Shown in pieces: positions 7,334 to 16,672 of a stretch of 64,000 bases of DNA. The DNA comes from an uncultured Peptostreptococcaceae bacterium (GTDB lineage: Bacteria > Bacillota > Clostridia > Peptostreptococcales > Anaerovoracaceae), in the NCBI GenBank assembly GCA_910588185.1, contig CAJUQR010000004.1, forward strand, positions 146,248 through 210,247, written 5' to 3'. Made by a program: the position numbers and the translations under genes. Position 1 is the first letter of the stretch. Each line of letters begins with the position of its first letter. The notes beneath the pieces are model-generated. The model made no database searches, was not told the DNA's origin, and was given only the letters and a program-made list of their open reading frames with translations.

Positions 7334-9325
7334 CTATAACCCCAGTTCCCTAAACTTGGTGGTAGGAGCGTGGCAAGCTCCGTTTTCACATATATACCAG
7401 AGAGTAATATCGTTTATAGGATAGGATGAGGTGAAAGGTGCAATTTGTGACAGTGCTTTCTGATTTTGACCAGACTTATGAATTGCGCTTAGGTTTTGCG
7501 CAGGATGCTGGCTGAGATAAGTCAGTATTTCAGCAGGAAGCTCTTCACCGGTAAAGATTAGTTCTTTGTGCGGAAAGATTGATATCATCATTGCCGATAG
7601 ACCAAAACAATGAGCAGGAGGATATTCAGCTGCTTGACCTGCAATAAAATTATTCTGTCTGTTTGATGCTTCACGAAACGAAGATTCTCCTGTAAGCGCT
7701 GCAAGTTTAGCAAGAACCATGGCTGCTGCTGAGTTTCCTGATGGAATAGCGCCGTCATAAGTATCTTTAGGACGGTGAATTAAGCTTTCCGCATCGTGAG
7801 CAGTAAGGTAATAGCCGCCGTTTTCTTTATCTTCAAACAAGTCAATCATCTGTTTTGTTCTTGATACCGCTTCTTCAAGATAATCAATTTTAAATGTAAC
7901 GTTATATAGTTCCAGCAGAGATAGTGCATAAACTGCGTAGTCGTCAAGCTGACCGGCGTTTGCAGCTTCACCGCCGCAATAACGAAGAAAGAGTCGATTA
8001 TTGCTGCCTGTCATCTTTTCATTGATAAAATTTTGTGCTTTAATAGCGGCTTTGATATATATATCATCTTTGAGTATTAGACCTGCTCTTGCCATTGCCA
8101 TTATAGTCCATGAGTTCCATGATAGTAAAATCTTGTTATCAAGATGGAGGTTGGTTCTTGATTTTCTGTATTCAAAAAGGCTCTTTAGGCGAGGGTCATA
8201 ATGGTGCTGTTCTTTGTCTGTAAGACCTATGCGGTTTGGAATATTTTTCCCTTCGAAGTTTCCTCTTTCTGTAATGTTATATTCATTGCAAAATTCTTTG
8301 CCGTCTTTTTCTCCTAGAACCTTGATTATTTCTTCCATAGTAAATACATAGTATTTGCCTTCTATACCATCGCTGTCGGCGTCCTGTCCGCAGTAAAATC
8401 CGCCGTCAGAGCTTGTTAGTTCTTTTAGAATATAGTCGGCAGTTTGTCTTGCAACAGAAGCGTAAAAAGGGTTTTTTGTGATTTGAAAAGCTTCAAGATA
8501 TGCCAGTAAGAGAAGAGCGTTATCATAAAGCATTTTTTCAAAATGAGGAACAAGCCATTTTTCATCTGTTGAATACCTGGAAAAACCTCCGCCGATATGG
8601 TCAAATATGCCGCCTCTTGCCATGGATTTCAAAGTAGTTTCAACCATGTTCAGTGCGTCAGCGTTTTGTTCATATTCGTAAAGATGCATTAGAAAAAGTA
8701 GATTATGAGGTGCAGGGAATTTGGGCGCAGAGCCGAATCCTCCCCATTTGCTGTCAAAGGATTTTAGGAGAAGTTCATATGCCTTGTGTATGAAAGATTT
8801 GTCTGCTTGACCAAGGCCGTTTTTGCTGTATTGTTTTAGCGCTGACGTAATCTTTTCGCCGGAACTGATAAGTTTTTCGCGTTCTGTATGCCAAAGATAT
8901 GAAATTTGATTGAGCAAGTCTTTAAGACCGATGTGACCATACTGACTTTCTTTCGGGAAATAAGTTCCTGCAAAAAATGGCTTTTGTTCCGGCGTCATGA
9001 ATATGGTAAGAGGCCAGCCGCCTGATCCTGTCATAGCTTGGCAGACTGACATGTAAACTGAGTCAATATCAGGTCTTTCTTCACGGTCTACTTTTATACA
9101 TACATAATCATCTAAAAGCCTTGCAATCTGAGTATCTTCAAAGGATTCGTGGGCCATCACATGGCACCAGTGGCAAGTGGAGTATCCGATACTTAAAAAG
9201 ATAGGCTTGTCTTCTTCTTTTGCCTTTTGAAATGCTTCCTCGCCCCATGGATACCAATCTACAGGATTGTCCTTATGCTGTGAGAGATAAGGAGATTTTT
9301 CATATTTAAGTTTGTTTGACATCAA
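7334..9325 (-). CDS. Thioredoxin-domain protein, YyaL/DUF255 family (N-acylglucosamine-2-epimerase-like fold)
   Basis: N-terminus reads [38 protein letters not shown], followed by a long alpha/alpha-barrel-like region. Confidence 0.85.
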   Translation of the reverse strand: MMSNKLKYEKSPYLSQHKDNPVDWYPWGEEAFQKAKEEDKPIFLSIGYSTCHWCHVMAHESFEDTQIARLLDDYVCIKVDREERPDIDSVYMSVCQAMTGSGGWPLTIFMTPEQKPFFAGTYFPKESQYGHIGLKDLLNQISYLWHTEREKLISSGEKITSALKQYSKNGLGQADKSFIHKAYELLLKSFDSKWGGFGSAPKFPAPHNLLFLMHLYEYEQNADALNMVETTLKSMARGGIFDHIGGGFSRYSTDEKWLVPHFEKMLYDNALLLLAYLEAFQITKNPFYASVARQTADYILKELTSSDGGFYCGQDADSDGIEGKYYVFTMEEIIKVLGEKDGKEFCNEYNITERGNFEGKNIPNRIGLTDKEQHHYDPRLKSLFEYRKSRTNLHLDNKILLSWNSWTIMAMARAGLILKDDIYIKAAIKAQNFINEKMTGSNNRLFLRYCGGEAANAGQLDDYAVYALSLLELYNVTFKIDYLEEAVSRTKQMIDLFEDKENGGYYLTAHDAESLIHRPKDTYDGAIPSGNSAAAMVLAKLAALTGESSFREASNRQNNFIAGQAAEYPPAHCFGLSAMMISIFPHKELIFTGEELPAEILTYLSQHPAQNLSAIHKSGQNQKALSQIAPFTSSYPINDITLWYICENGACHAPTTKFRELGL

Positions 9326-9384
9326 AACACCTCATTTCTTTATATGAAGTATATTATGTCCGAAAGAATAGTATTTAATATGCT

Positions 9385-9420
9385 AAAAAACAGAAACATG
9401 TCCCAATATGGGACATGTTT
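9385..9420 (-). terminator. Rho-independent terminator of the SDR gene
   Basis: 11-bp stem AAACATGTCCC/GGGACATGTTT, with a T-run on the minus strand. Confidence 0.8.
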
Positions 9421-9421
9421 A

Positions 9422-10213
9422 TTACTTTGCATACAACTGATAGACCAGCCAGTTAAGCGCCCGGACCGGTAAGAATCTTGATAACATAACAAAGAAACGA
9501 TAATCAAGTCTGACAGAATATAACGGCTTTACAGATTTTTTGTGTATCAGTCTGACTATGAATTTGGCGATGGCTTCAGGCTCCATGCCGCCTTTTTCAT
9601 CTCTTTCCATTTTTTCCACAGAACGCAGCAGCCTGCCTCCGTATTCAAAATCTCCGATAATTTCTTTTTCGCGGGCAGCAGTGAAACCCGTGCGTATATC
9701 TCCCGGCATCACTGCACATACAGATATACCGTAAGGTCTGACTTCGTTTGCAAAAGCCATTGTATAAGAATTTATTGATGCTTTGGAGGCTGAATAAAAT
9801 GTCTGAAACGGAATAGGAATTGAGCCTGCGACAGAACTGACGTTGATAATTCTGCCTTTGCCGGCTTTTCTCATATATGGAATTACGGCATGACATGTTC
9901 TAACTAAGCCGAAGAAGTTGACGTCAAATTGTCTTTGCGCCGAGGCAATATCGGTGAATTCTATAGCGCCTGAAATGCCAAATCCCGCATTATTGATTAA
10001 GACATCTATGTGGCCTTCTTGTTCAATAACATAATTTACAGCATCTTGTACAGAGCTGTCAGAAGTAATATCACCTGATATATGTATGATTCCGGGATGC
10101 TTAACATCTCTTCTGCTGATTTCATATACTTTGTATCCGGCTTGATTGAGTGCAGCAGAGGTTTTTAGCCCTATACCTGAGCTGCCGCCTGTAATTAAAA
10201 CTATTTTTTCCAT
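9422..10213 (-). CDS. Short-chain dehydrogenase/reductase (SDR)
   Basis: Cofactor motif TGGSSGIG, NNAG, and the catalytic YSASK motif. Confidence 0.85.
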   Translation of the reverse strand: MEKIVLITGGSSGIGLKTSAALNQAGYKVYEISRRDVKHPGIIHISGDITSDSSVQDAVNYVIEQEGHIDVLINNAGFGISGAIEFTDIASAQRQFDVNFFGLVRTCHAVIPYMRKAGKGRIINVSSVAGSIPIPFQTFYSASKASINSYTMAFANEVRPYGISVCAVMPGDIRTGFTAAREKEIIGDFEYGGRLLRSVEKMERDEKGGMEPEAIAKFIVRLIHKKSVKPLYSVRLDYRFFVMLSRFLPVRALNWLVYQLYAK

Positions 10214-10287
10214 GATTTAAAATCATCCCCTTATGGTGAAATTTTCTATAATAATGTATCATAATTTGAATATTTTTTCAATCTGTG

Positions 10288-10332
10288 TGGCGAAAATTAG
10301 TCATCGACCATATGATGGCGAAAATTAGTCAT
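10288..10332 (+). promoter_or_regulatory. Two 17-bp direct repeats TGGCGAAAATTAGTCAT (28-bp period), candidate enhancer/UAS
   Basis: Exact copies at 10288-10304 and 10316-10332, about 105-150 bp upstream of the -24/-12 element. Confidence 0.4.
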
Positions 10333-10437
10333 GGATGATTTGAGTTTCTTCAGTAAACAACATAAATATTTTATAAAAAATTCACATAAACATTGAAATT
10401 TACAGTACGGTTTTTTTATAATAAATTATAAACACGT

Positions 10438-10452
10438 TGGCATATTTATTGC
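10438..10452 (+). promoter_or_regulatory. Sigma-54 (-24/-12) promoter TGGCAT-N5-TTGC
   Basis: TGGCATATTTATTGC with consensus GG/GC spacing, 42 nt upstream of the ATG at 10494. A sigma-54 activator is encoded in the same cluster. Confidence 0.7.
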
Positions 10453-10493
10453 TATTAATAATTACATGAAATAAGAATGCGAAAGGAGCAGCA

Positions 10494-11921
10494 ATGACAG
10501 TTATAGACAAAAGTGCAGAAGAATTCTATCCATCAATTTTTAATGATGTTTTGGCGCCTGCAACACAGGGACCTTCCAGTTCTAACACAGTAGGTGTTTA
10601 TCGTATTACATCTATTGCTAGGGCTATTTTGGATGGAGAGCCTATATCATTGCAGGTTGAAATGAGTACTAAAGGGGGATTTTATGATACATTCTTTGGT
10701 ATGGATAGTGACAAAGCTTGTCTAGCAGGTATTTTGGGTGAGGATTTGATTAAGTCCGACTTAGGTAAAATATACGATGTGGCTAAAGAAAGAGGATTAA
10801 AGTACGAGTTCTTCTTTACTGACAGAATAGAGAAAATACCTACAGAAATGGGTGAGTTTACTATAAAGTCAGAAAAAGAGACCATAGTACTTACAGGTAT
10901 AACCATGGGAGGAGGAGAAATCCTAATACGTGATATCAACGGTCAGCCGTGTGAAATTAAAGGAATGCATCCTGAGGAAATAATGATTAAAGGTTCTGAT
11001 AAACCTAGAACAGTTCCGTCGGTTTATCCGCTGCAAACCATAAAGGGAGCAGTTCCTCCGTTTACAACAAGTGTAGGAATGCTGGAGTATGCAAATAAAA
11101 ATAATAAACCTTTATGGCAGGTGGCACTGGATTATGAGTGCAGCTTGACAGGCCTTAGTCATGAAGAAGTTTGGAAAGTAGCCGAAGAGACTCTTGATAT
11201 TTCTTATGCTTCTATCGAATCAGGACATAAAGACGGAGTGAAATTCGATGGAATTACTGTAGCGAAGACTCCTGAGATGCGTGAAAAGATGAAAAACGTA
11301 AAGCTTATACCTACAGGCGCAGCAGATCAGGGTACCCTTGATGCTCTGGCAGTAATGGAATACAGTAATGCCCACGGAATAATTATTTGTATGCCTACAG
11401 GAGGAGCTTCGGGAATCATTCCTGCAACTATTAAGAATACTTCAAAGACTTTAGGAAAAACAAAAGAAGATGAAGTTAAAGCATTACTTGTATCGGGACT
11501 TATAGGAGTGTTCTATTTCCCTACTCATTACCATGGAGCGTTAGGATGTCAGGCAGAAGTGGGAATTGCCACATCCATGGTAGCTGCTGGTCTGGTTTCG
11601 TTCTTAGACGATGATCCTGATACAGCAGAAAGAGCGGCGGTTTTAGCAATGCAGTACATAATAGGACAGGTCTGTGACCCTGTTGCAGGATATCCTCAAA
11701 TTCCTTGTTTTATAAGAAATGTAGCATCTGTGCCTGTTGCTATGACATGCGCTAACTATGCTATATTGGGACTTGATACAGCAGTAACTTTAGACGGTAT
11801 GGTTCAGGCAACTTTGCGCGTAGGAGAGAAACTCAGAGCCGGAAGAATAAACGATTTGGGTACTTGTATGAATGAATACACTGCAAATCCGTGCAGTGCA
11901 TGCGGAAAATGTGCAAAATAA
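10494..11921 (+). CDS. L-serine dehydratase family protein (fused beta+alpha, 4Fe-4S type) with an extra C-terminal CxxCxxC
   Basis: N-terminal GPSSSNTVG motif. Cluster-ligand region GCQAEVG ... CDPVAGYPQIPC. The tail reads CSACGKCAK. Confidence 0.8.
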   Translation: MTVIDKSAEEFYPSIFNDVLAPATQGPSSSNTVGVYRITSIARAILDGEPISLQVEMSTKGGFYDTFFGMDSDKACLAGILGEDLIKSDLGKIYDVAKERGLKYEFFFTDRIEKIPTEMGEFTIKSEKETIVLTGITMGGGEILIRDINGQPCEIKGMHPEEIMIKGSDKPRTVPSVYPLQTIKGAVPPFTTSVGMLEYANKNNKPLWQVALDYECSLTGLSHEEVWKVAEETLDISYASIESGHKDGVKFDGITVAKTPEMREKMKNVKLIPTGAADQGTLDALAVMEYSNAHGIIICMPTGGASGIIPATIKNTSKTLGKTKEDEVKALLVSGLIGVFYFPTHYHGALGCQAEVGIATSMVAAGLVSFLDDDPDTAERAAVLAMQYIIGQVCDPVAGYPQIPCFIRNVASVPVAMTCANYAILGLDTAVTLDGMVQATLRVGEKLRAGRINDLGTCMNEYTANPCSACGKCAK

Positions 11922-11953
11922 ATTTAATTAATATATAAAGGAGACATTTAGAG

Positions 11954-12805
11954 ATGAGAAAGACAATTTTAGATTTTCAGAAAATGGTAGAAAACAAAGA
12001 GAAGATTACATTTTTAACAGCCTATGAGTATCTTACAGCAAAATATGAAGAGAGAGCTGGCATAGATATGATTCTTGTAGGAGATTCCCTCGGAATGGTT
12101 TGCCTTGGATATGATAAGACATTCCCTGTTACCATGGATGAAATGATTAGTCACAGCAAAGCTGTAAGAAGAGGAGCTCCGAATACTTATGTAGTAGGAG
12201 ATATGCCATATATGTCATATCAGATTTCTGATGAAGAAGCTATTAAAAATGCAGGACGCTTCATACAGGAAGCAGATTGTGACTGCGTGAAACTTGAAGT
12301 TGCAGGACCTGGAACTGTTAAGCGTATTAAGGCTATAGTAGATGCAGGAATCCCTGTAATGGGACACGTAGGTCTTACTCCTCAGTTTGCAGGAATGCTT
12401 GGCGGATACAAGGCACAGGGAAAGTCAGCAGCAGCAGCAGAAAAGATTTTGAATCTGGCAAAATCAGTAGAAGAAGCAGGCGCTTCAAGCATATTAGTTG
12501 AAGGAGTTCCTGCAATCGTAGGTAAACTGATAAAAGAAAACTTAAGCATTCCGGTACTTGGAATCGGAGCAGGTTCATATGTTGACGGACAGCTTCTGAT
12601 ATATGCAGATATGCTTGGATTCTATGATGACTTTACACCTAAGTTTGTAAAGAAATATGCAGAAATCGGAAAGCAGATGCAGGGTGCGTTTGAAGAGTAC
12701 GTTAAAGAAGTTCGTGAAGGCGTTTTCCCTGAAGATGGTGTTCATGCATATAAGATTTCTGATGAAGAAGCAGAAAAGATTAAGAAGGATTTCAATCTTA
12801 AATAA
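11954..12805 (+). CDS. panB: 3-methyl-2-oxobutanoate hydroxymethyltransferase (PanB) family enzyme
   Basis: VGDSLGMV...VTMDEM..H..AV.RG and VVGDMPYMSY match PanB. No panC/panD/panE is nearby, so the physiological substrate is uncertain. Confidence 0.75.
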   Translation: MRKTILDFQKMVENKEKITFLTAYEYLTAKYEERAGIDMILVGDSLGMVCLGYDKTFPVTMDEMISHSKAVRRGAPNTYVVGDMPYMSYQISDEEAIKNAGRFIQEADCDCVKLEVAGPGTVKRIKAIVDAGIPVMGHVGLTPQFAGMLGGYKAQGKSAAAAEKILNLAKSVEEAGASSILVEGVPAIVGKLIKENLSIPVLGIGAGSYVDGQLLIYADMLGFYDDFTPKFVKKYAEIGKQMQGAFEEYVKEVREGVFPEDGVHAYKISDEEAEKIKKDFNLK

Positions 12806-12837
12806 TGAATATATTAAGCAGTGAGGAATATTATTGT

Positions 12838-12866
12838 TTGACAACTTATCCCCTGTATCTTAAGAT
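12838..12866 (+). promoter_or_regulatory. Candidate sigma-A promoter for the activator gene
   Basis: TTGACA-N17-TAAGAT. Confidence 0.35.
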
Positions 12867-12884
12867 AATAGAGGGGGAGAGAAT

Positions 12885-14300
12885 ATGCTTAACATAGGAA
12901 GCCTGCTTATTGACAGCCTTGACTATATCATGATTGTCGATAAGGATTACAATATAATATACAATACAAGATATGATTTGACTTTAGGCGATGATTCGGC
13001 AGAATCTAAGAAGAATGAATATCTGTATAAAAACTTCTTTGAAGTGTATCCCAACATAAAAAAAGAAGAGAGCAATATTGTTCGGTGTATAGAGACGGGA
13101 GAGGTAATCATACGTAAGAATCAAAGGTATGAAGATTATCTCGGACAGATATATATTACAAACAATGTGACTCTTCCTTTAAAAAGAAAAGGCGAGCTGA
13201 TTGCTGCTGTTGAGATTACTCTCGACATGGACTTTAAGGAAAAAGATAAACAGCTTGCTGAAATAAGATTTGATGAATTTGTTAAACGCATTAAGGAAGC
13301 TTCCGGGCAGATAACTTTTGATACCATAATCACTGAAGATGCCGATATGAAGAGGAACATAGAGAAAGCTAAGGTTTTATCCACAATGCCTAATCCCACT
13401 CTTATATACGGAGAAACAGGTACAGGAAAAGAGGTTTTTGCTCAGGCAATGATTAATTACAGCGGCGTACCTAAAAATAATGTGGTTATCCAAAACTGTG
13501 CGGCAGTGCCGGAATCATTGATAGAGTCCATTTTATTTGGCACAGTCAAAGGTGCGTATACAGGAGCTGAAAATCACAAGGGCCTTTTTGAGGTGGCTGA
13601 CGGCGGTATAATATTTCTTGATGAGCTCAATTCAATTCCTTTCCATGTTCAGGCTAAACTTTTGCGCGTGCTTCAGGATGGCACGTTTAAACCCCTTGGA
13701 AGTAATGTTGACAAGAGGGTAAAAGTTAAAGTAATTGCGGCAATGAATGTGGATCCGATGGTTGCAATTGAAAAGAATATTATAAGGAAAGACTTGTTCT
13801 ATAGATTTTCCAGTGGATTGATAACACTGGCGCCGCTTAGGGAAAGGCAGGAAGATATAAGATTGTTTACACATTATTACATCAAGTATTTTTCTGATAT
13901 ATATGACAAGGATATTCTTGATATCAAAGAAAACTTGATGATCGCTTTTCTAAAATATAAATGGGAAGGCAATGTAAGAGAACTTATGAATACCATAGAG
14001 TTTATGGTTACATCAGCATCTGCAGGTGAGAATGTTCTTACAGCTGAAATGCTGCCGGTTTATCTTAAAGATAGGATAATACCCGAGATGCCATACTTGC
14101 AAAGGCCAAGAAACAAAGGCGTATATAATAACTTTGAATTTGAGCCCGGAGCATACCATAAGCTTATGGATGATTTTGAAAAAAATATGATTGAAGAAGC
14201 TCTCTGGCAATCAGGCGGAAACAAAAGTGAAGCAGCACGAATTTTGGGTATTCCGCGTCAAACTTTAAAGTATCGTATGAAGATACTTCAAATAAAATAA
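12885..14300 (+). CDS. Sigma-54-dependent transcriptional activator (PAS-like sensor + AAA+ + Fis-type HTH)
   Basis: Walker A GETGTGKE, a GAYTGA loop (GAFTGA variant), and C-terminal AARILGIPRQTLKYRMK. Confidence 0.85.
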   Translation: MLNIGSLLIDSLDYIMIVDKDYNIIYNTRYDLTLGDDSAESKKNEYLYKNFFEVYPNIKKEESNIVRCIETGEVIIRKNQRYEDYLGQIYITNNVTLPLKRKGELIAAVEITLDMDFKEKDKQLAEIRFDEFVKRIKEASGQITFDTIITEDADMKRNIEKAKVLSTMPNPTLIYGETGTGKEVFAQAMINYSGVPKNNVVIQNCAAVPESLIESILFGTVKGAYTGAENHKGLFEVADGGIIFLDELNSIPFHVQAKLLRVLQDGTFKPLGSNVDKRVKVKVIAAMNVDPMVAIEKNIIRKDLFYRFSSGLITLAPLRERQEDIRLFTHYYIKYFSDIYDKDILDIKENLMIAFLKYKWEGNVRELMNTIEFMVTSASAGENVLTAEMLPVYLKDRIIPEMPYLQRPRNKGVYNNFEFEPGAYHKLMDDFEKNMIEEALWQSGGNKSEAARILGIPRQTLKYRMKILQIK

Positions 14301-14343
14301 TAAAAATTTACTAGAAAATTAAAATCACAGGAGGTACTGATTT

Positions 14344-15471
14344 ATGAAAGTCGGAATCGTAAAAGAAATCAAAAATAACGAAAACAGAGTAGCTATTATT
14401 CCTTCTTCTGTTAAAGAGTTTATAAGAAATGGTCACGAAGTTCTTATTGAATGTGGCGCAGGTCTTGGAAGCGGATTTTCAGATGAAGAATACAAAGCAG
14501 CAGGAGCTACTATGGTAGAAAAAGCAGAGGATGTTTGGAATAATATAGATCTGCTTTATAAAGTAAAAGAAATTCTTCCTTCAGAATACAAGTATGTAAG
14601 AGAAGATTTGATAATCATGACATATCTGCATTCAAATGCACATAGAGATGAAACTCAGGTTCTTCTCGATGCAAAATGTACAAGTATTGCATTGGAAGAT
14701 ATCACTTCCGACAATCCTCACCGTAAATTCCCATTAGTTGCAAACATGGGTGAATTAGCAGGTAAGGGCGGTTTCTTGGCTGCTTGCTACTATGCACAGT
14801 CAGTTCACGGTGGTCCTGGACTTTTACTTAATAACGTATGTGGATCAGATTCTCCTATTATTTCAATCATCGGTTGCGGATATACAGGAATGGGAGCTGC
14901 TGAATTAGCATCTTCATTGGGCAACACAGTAAAGATGATGGATATAAATTATGAAGCAATGGAAAGAGCTAAGGGTCTGCTTCCTGGCAATGTTTCATTT
15001 ATGTATTCATCAAGAGGAGCTATTGAAGAATGTCTTAAGATGTCAGATGTTATTATTAACTGTGTTCTGTGGCCTAAGACAAGAAAAGATCATCTGATCA
15101 ACAGAGAAGACCTTAAGATGATGAAACCTGGCGCAATGATCATCGACGTAGCTTGCGATGACGGTGGTGCAGTTGAAACTTGCAGAAGCACAACTCACGA
15201 CGATCCTGTTTATTATGAAGAAGGAATTCTTCACTATGCAGTAGACAACATTCCTTCTGCATTCTCAAAGAGTGCATCCATAAGATTCTCCAACGACAGC
15301 TTACCATATGCTTTGGCAATTGCAAACAAGGGAGTTAAGCAGGCTCTCAAAGATGACAAGCATATAAGAGACGGATGGACTACTTATGACGGTCAGATGG
15401 TATTAAAAGAAACAGCTGAAAAATTTGAACTTCCTTGGGCAAACCCAGAAGAATTAGTTAAAGAGTGGTAA
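14344..15471 (+). CDS. Alanine dehydrogenase / PNT-family NAD(P)-dependent amino-acid dehydrogenase
   Basis: N-terminus KEIKNNENRVAIIPSSV and overall colinearity with Ald. Substrate is unknown. Confidence 0.8.
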   Translation: MKVGIVKEIKNNENRVAIIPSSVKEFIRNGHEVLIECGAGLGSGFSDEEYKAAGATMVEKAEDVWNNIDLLYKVKEILPSEYKYVREDLIIMTYLHSNAHRDETQVLLDAKCTSIALEDITSDNPHRKFPLVANMGELAGKGGFLAACYYAQSVHGGPGLLLNNVCGSDSPIISIIGCGYTGMGAAELASSLGNTVKMMDINYEAMERAKGLLPGNVSFMYSSRGAIEECLKMSDVIINCVLWPKTRKDHLINREDLKMMKPGAMIIDVACDDGGAVETCRSTTHDDPVYYEEGILHYAVDNIPSAFSKSASIRFSNDSLPYALAIANKGVKQALKDDKHIRDGWTTYDGQMVLKETAEKFELPWANPEELVKEW

Positions 15472-15490
15472 ATCCTGTTTAGCTATATAT

Positions 15491-15527
15491 CGCCTCACTT
15501 CAAAAGATGAAATGAGGCGTTTTTTTA
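15491..15527 (+). terminator. Rho-independent terminator
   Basis: Stem CGCCTCA/TGAGGCG followed by T7. Confidence 0.8.
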
Positions 15528-15606
15528 TGCTGTGTAATTGACGTAGCTTCAAAAAGTAGATAGAAAAGTAAGGTATAATATATTAACCGAAAGTGAATAT
15601 TTTACA

Positions 15607-15852
15607 CAAACCCCGAACAAAACGTAATTTTGAAGTAATTTGCAGGGTCAGACCCCGAAAAACACGTCCAAAACATCGACTTTGCAGGGCTATATTCTCT
15701 GTGATTTTTAAAAATGCGTGCCATATGAGACGTACGACAAGGAAAAAGGCAATTTTATCGAATTTCATACCCTGTAAACTTAACGAAAAATCAAAACTTT
15801 TCGGGGTTTAGCCCTGGGTAATGCCGCAAAAAAGATAATTATTCGGGGTTTT
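15607..15852 (+). repeat. Complex palindromic intergenic repeat, copy 1 (about 246 bp)
   Basis: Nested complementary modules: CAAACCCCGAA/TTCGGGGTTTG, CAGGG/CCCTG, ACCCCGAAAA/TTTTCGGGGT and TTTGCAGGG/CCCTGTAAA. Homologous to 50459-50710. Confidence 0.75.
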
Positions 15853-16007
15853 GATCAGACGCTTTGGGAAAAAATTCGTTATTAATACTACGCAATTAGC
15901 TAAAGATTAATTTTTAATTGCTTTTAGGCTCTAATTTTTGGATTACACATCAGTGTGCATCATATTGTCATAATCAGATTAGGCACATACGCAAAGCTTT
16001 ATAATGA

Positions 16008-16589
16008 TCACATGCAAGCAGATACAAATTTGGCAAATTCCACAGCCCTTATGGCTTTTTCATCATCCATGAACTCGGTATCATATCCCATGTGACGTTC
16101 TGCAAGCATACCTATGTAGTTGAGATTAGAATGTTTGCAGTATCTCTTTATACCTTGTTCCCACAGATCAGCGCCCTTGTCGGGACTGTAGCCGCATGTT
16201 GTTATCAGTGCAACATGTTTTCCGCTCCAAAGCGAAGGACCTTTTGATTCACCATAAAATTTGTTCATTCCATATACCATTCTGTCTAGAACTGCTTTCA
16301 TAGGCGGGGTACAGTACCATGAATATATGGGACTTGCAAGGACTATTAGATCAGAATCGAGAATCAAATCAAAGATTATTTGCATATCGTCTTTTTGACT
16401 GCATCCGAAAATATTAAAATCCTTTTGACACTGTCGGCAAGCTATACATGGATTTAAGGCTTTTTCGTACAACCAAATGCATTTACATTCAAATCCGTCT
16501 TTTTCAAGTTGTGTTATAAAAGGCTTGACGATTGAGTTTGTGTTGCCGTTTTTCCTTGGACTTCCCATAAGAATAAATGCTTTTTTCAT
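16008..16589 (-). CDS. Flavodoxin-like fold NAD(P)H-dependent FMN reductase / iron-sulfur flavoprotein-like
   Basis: N-terminus MGSPRKNGNT and a Cys cluster CIACRQC. Confidence 0.7.
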   Translation of the reverse strand: MKKAFILMGSPRKNGNTNSIVKPFITQLEKDGFECKCIWLYEKALNPCIACRQCQKDFNIFGCSQKDDMQIIFDLILDSDLIVLASPIYSWYCTPPMKAVLDRMVYGMNKFYGESKGPSLWSGKHVALITTCGYSPDKGADLWEQGIKRYCKHSNLNYIGMLAERHMGYDTEFMDDEKAIRAVEFAKFVSACM

Positions 16590-16672
16590 AAGGTACCTCT
16601 TTGTAAAAAATCTGTTTGTACTATAATAACATAATATGATAAAATTGTGTAAACAAAGAGGATACGAGTAAT

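Noticed and set aside
15583-15811. ORFs of 61 and 72 aa on both strands inside repeat copy 1.
   Set aside because: Neither has an open-frame counterpart in repeat copy 2. The basic, low-complexity translations are a by-product of the CCCCGAAAA/GCAGGG modules.
15607-15852. The idea that the alternating CCCCGAAAA and GCAGGG modules are a small CRISPR array.
   Set aside because: The modules occur in both orientations as mutually complementary arms. The spacers are not of uniform CRISPR-like length and no cas genes are present. This is a palindromic element, not a direct-repeat array.
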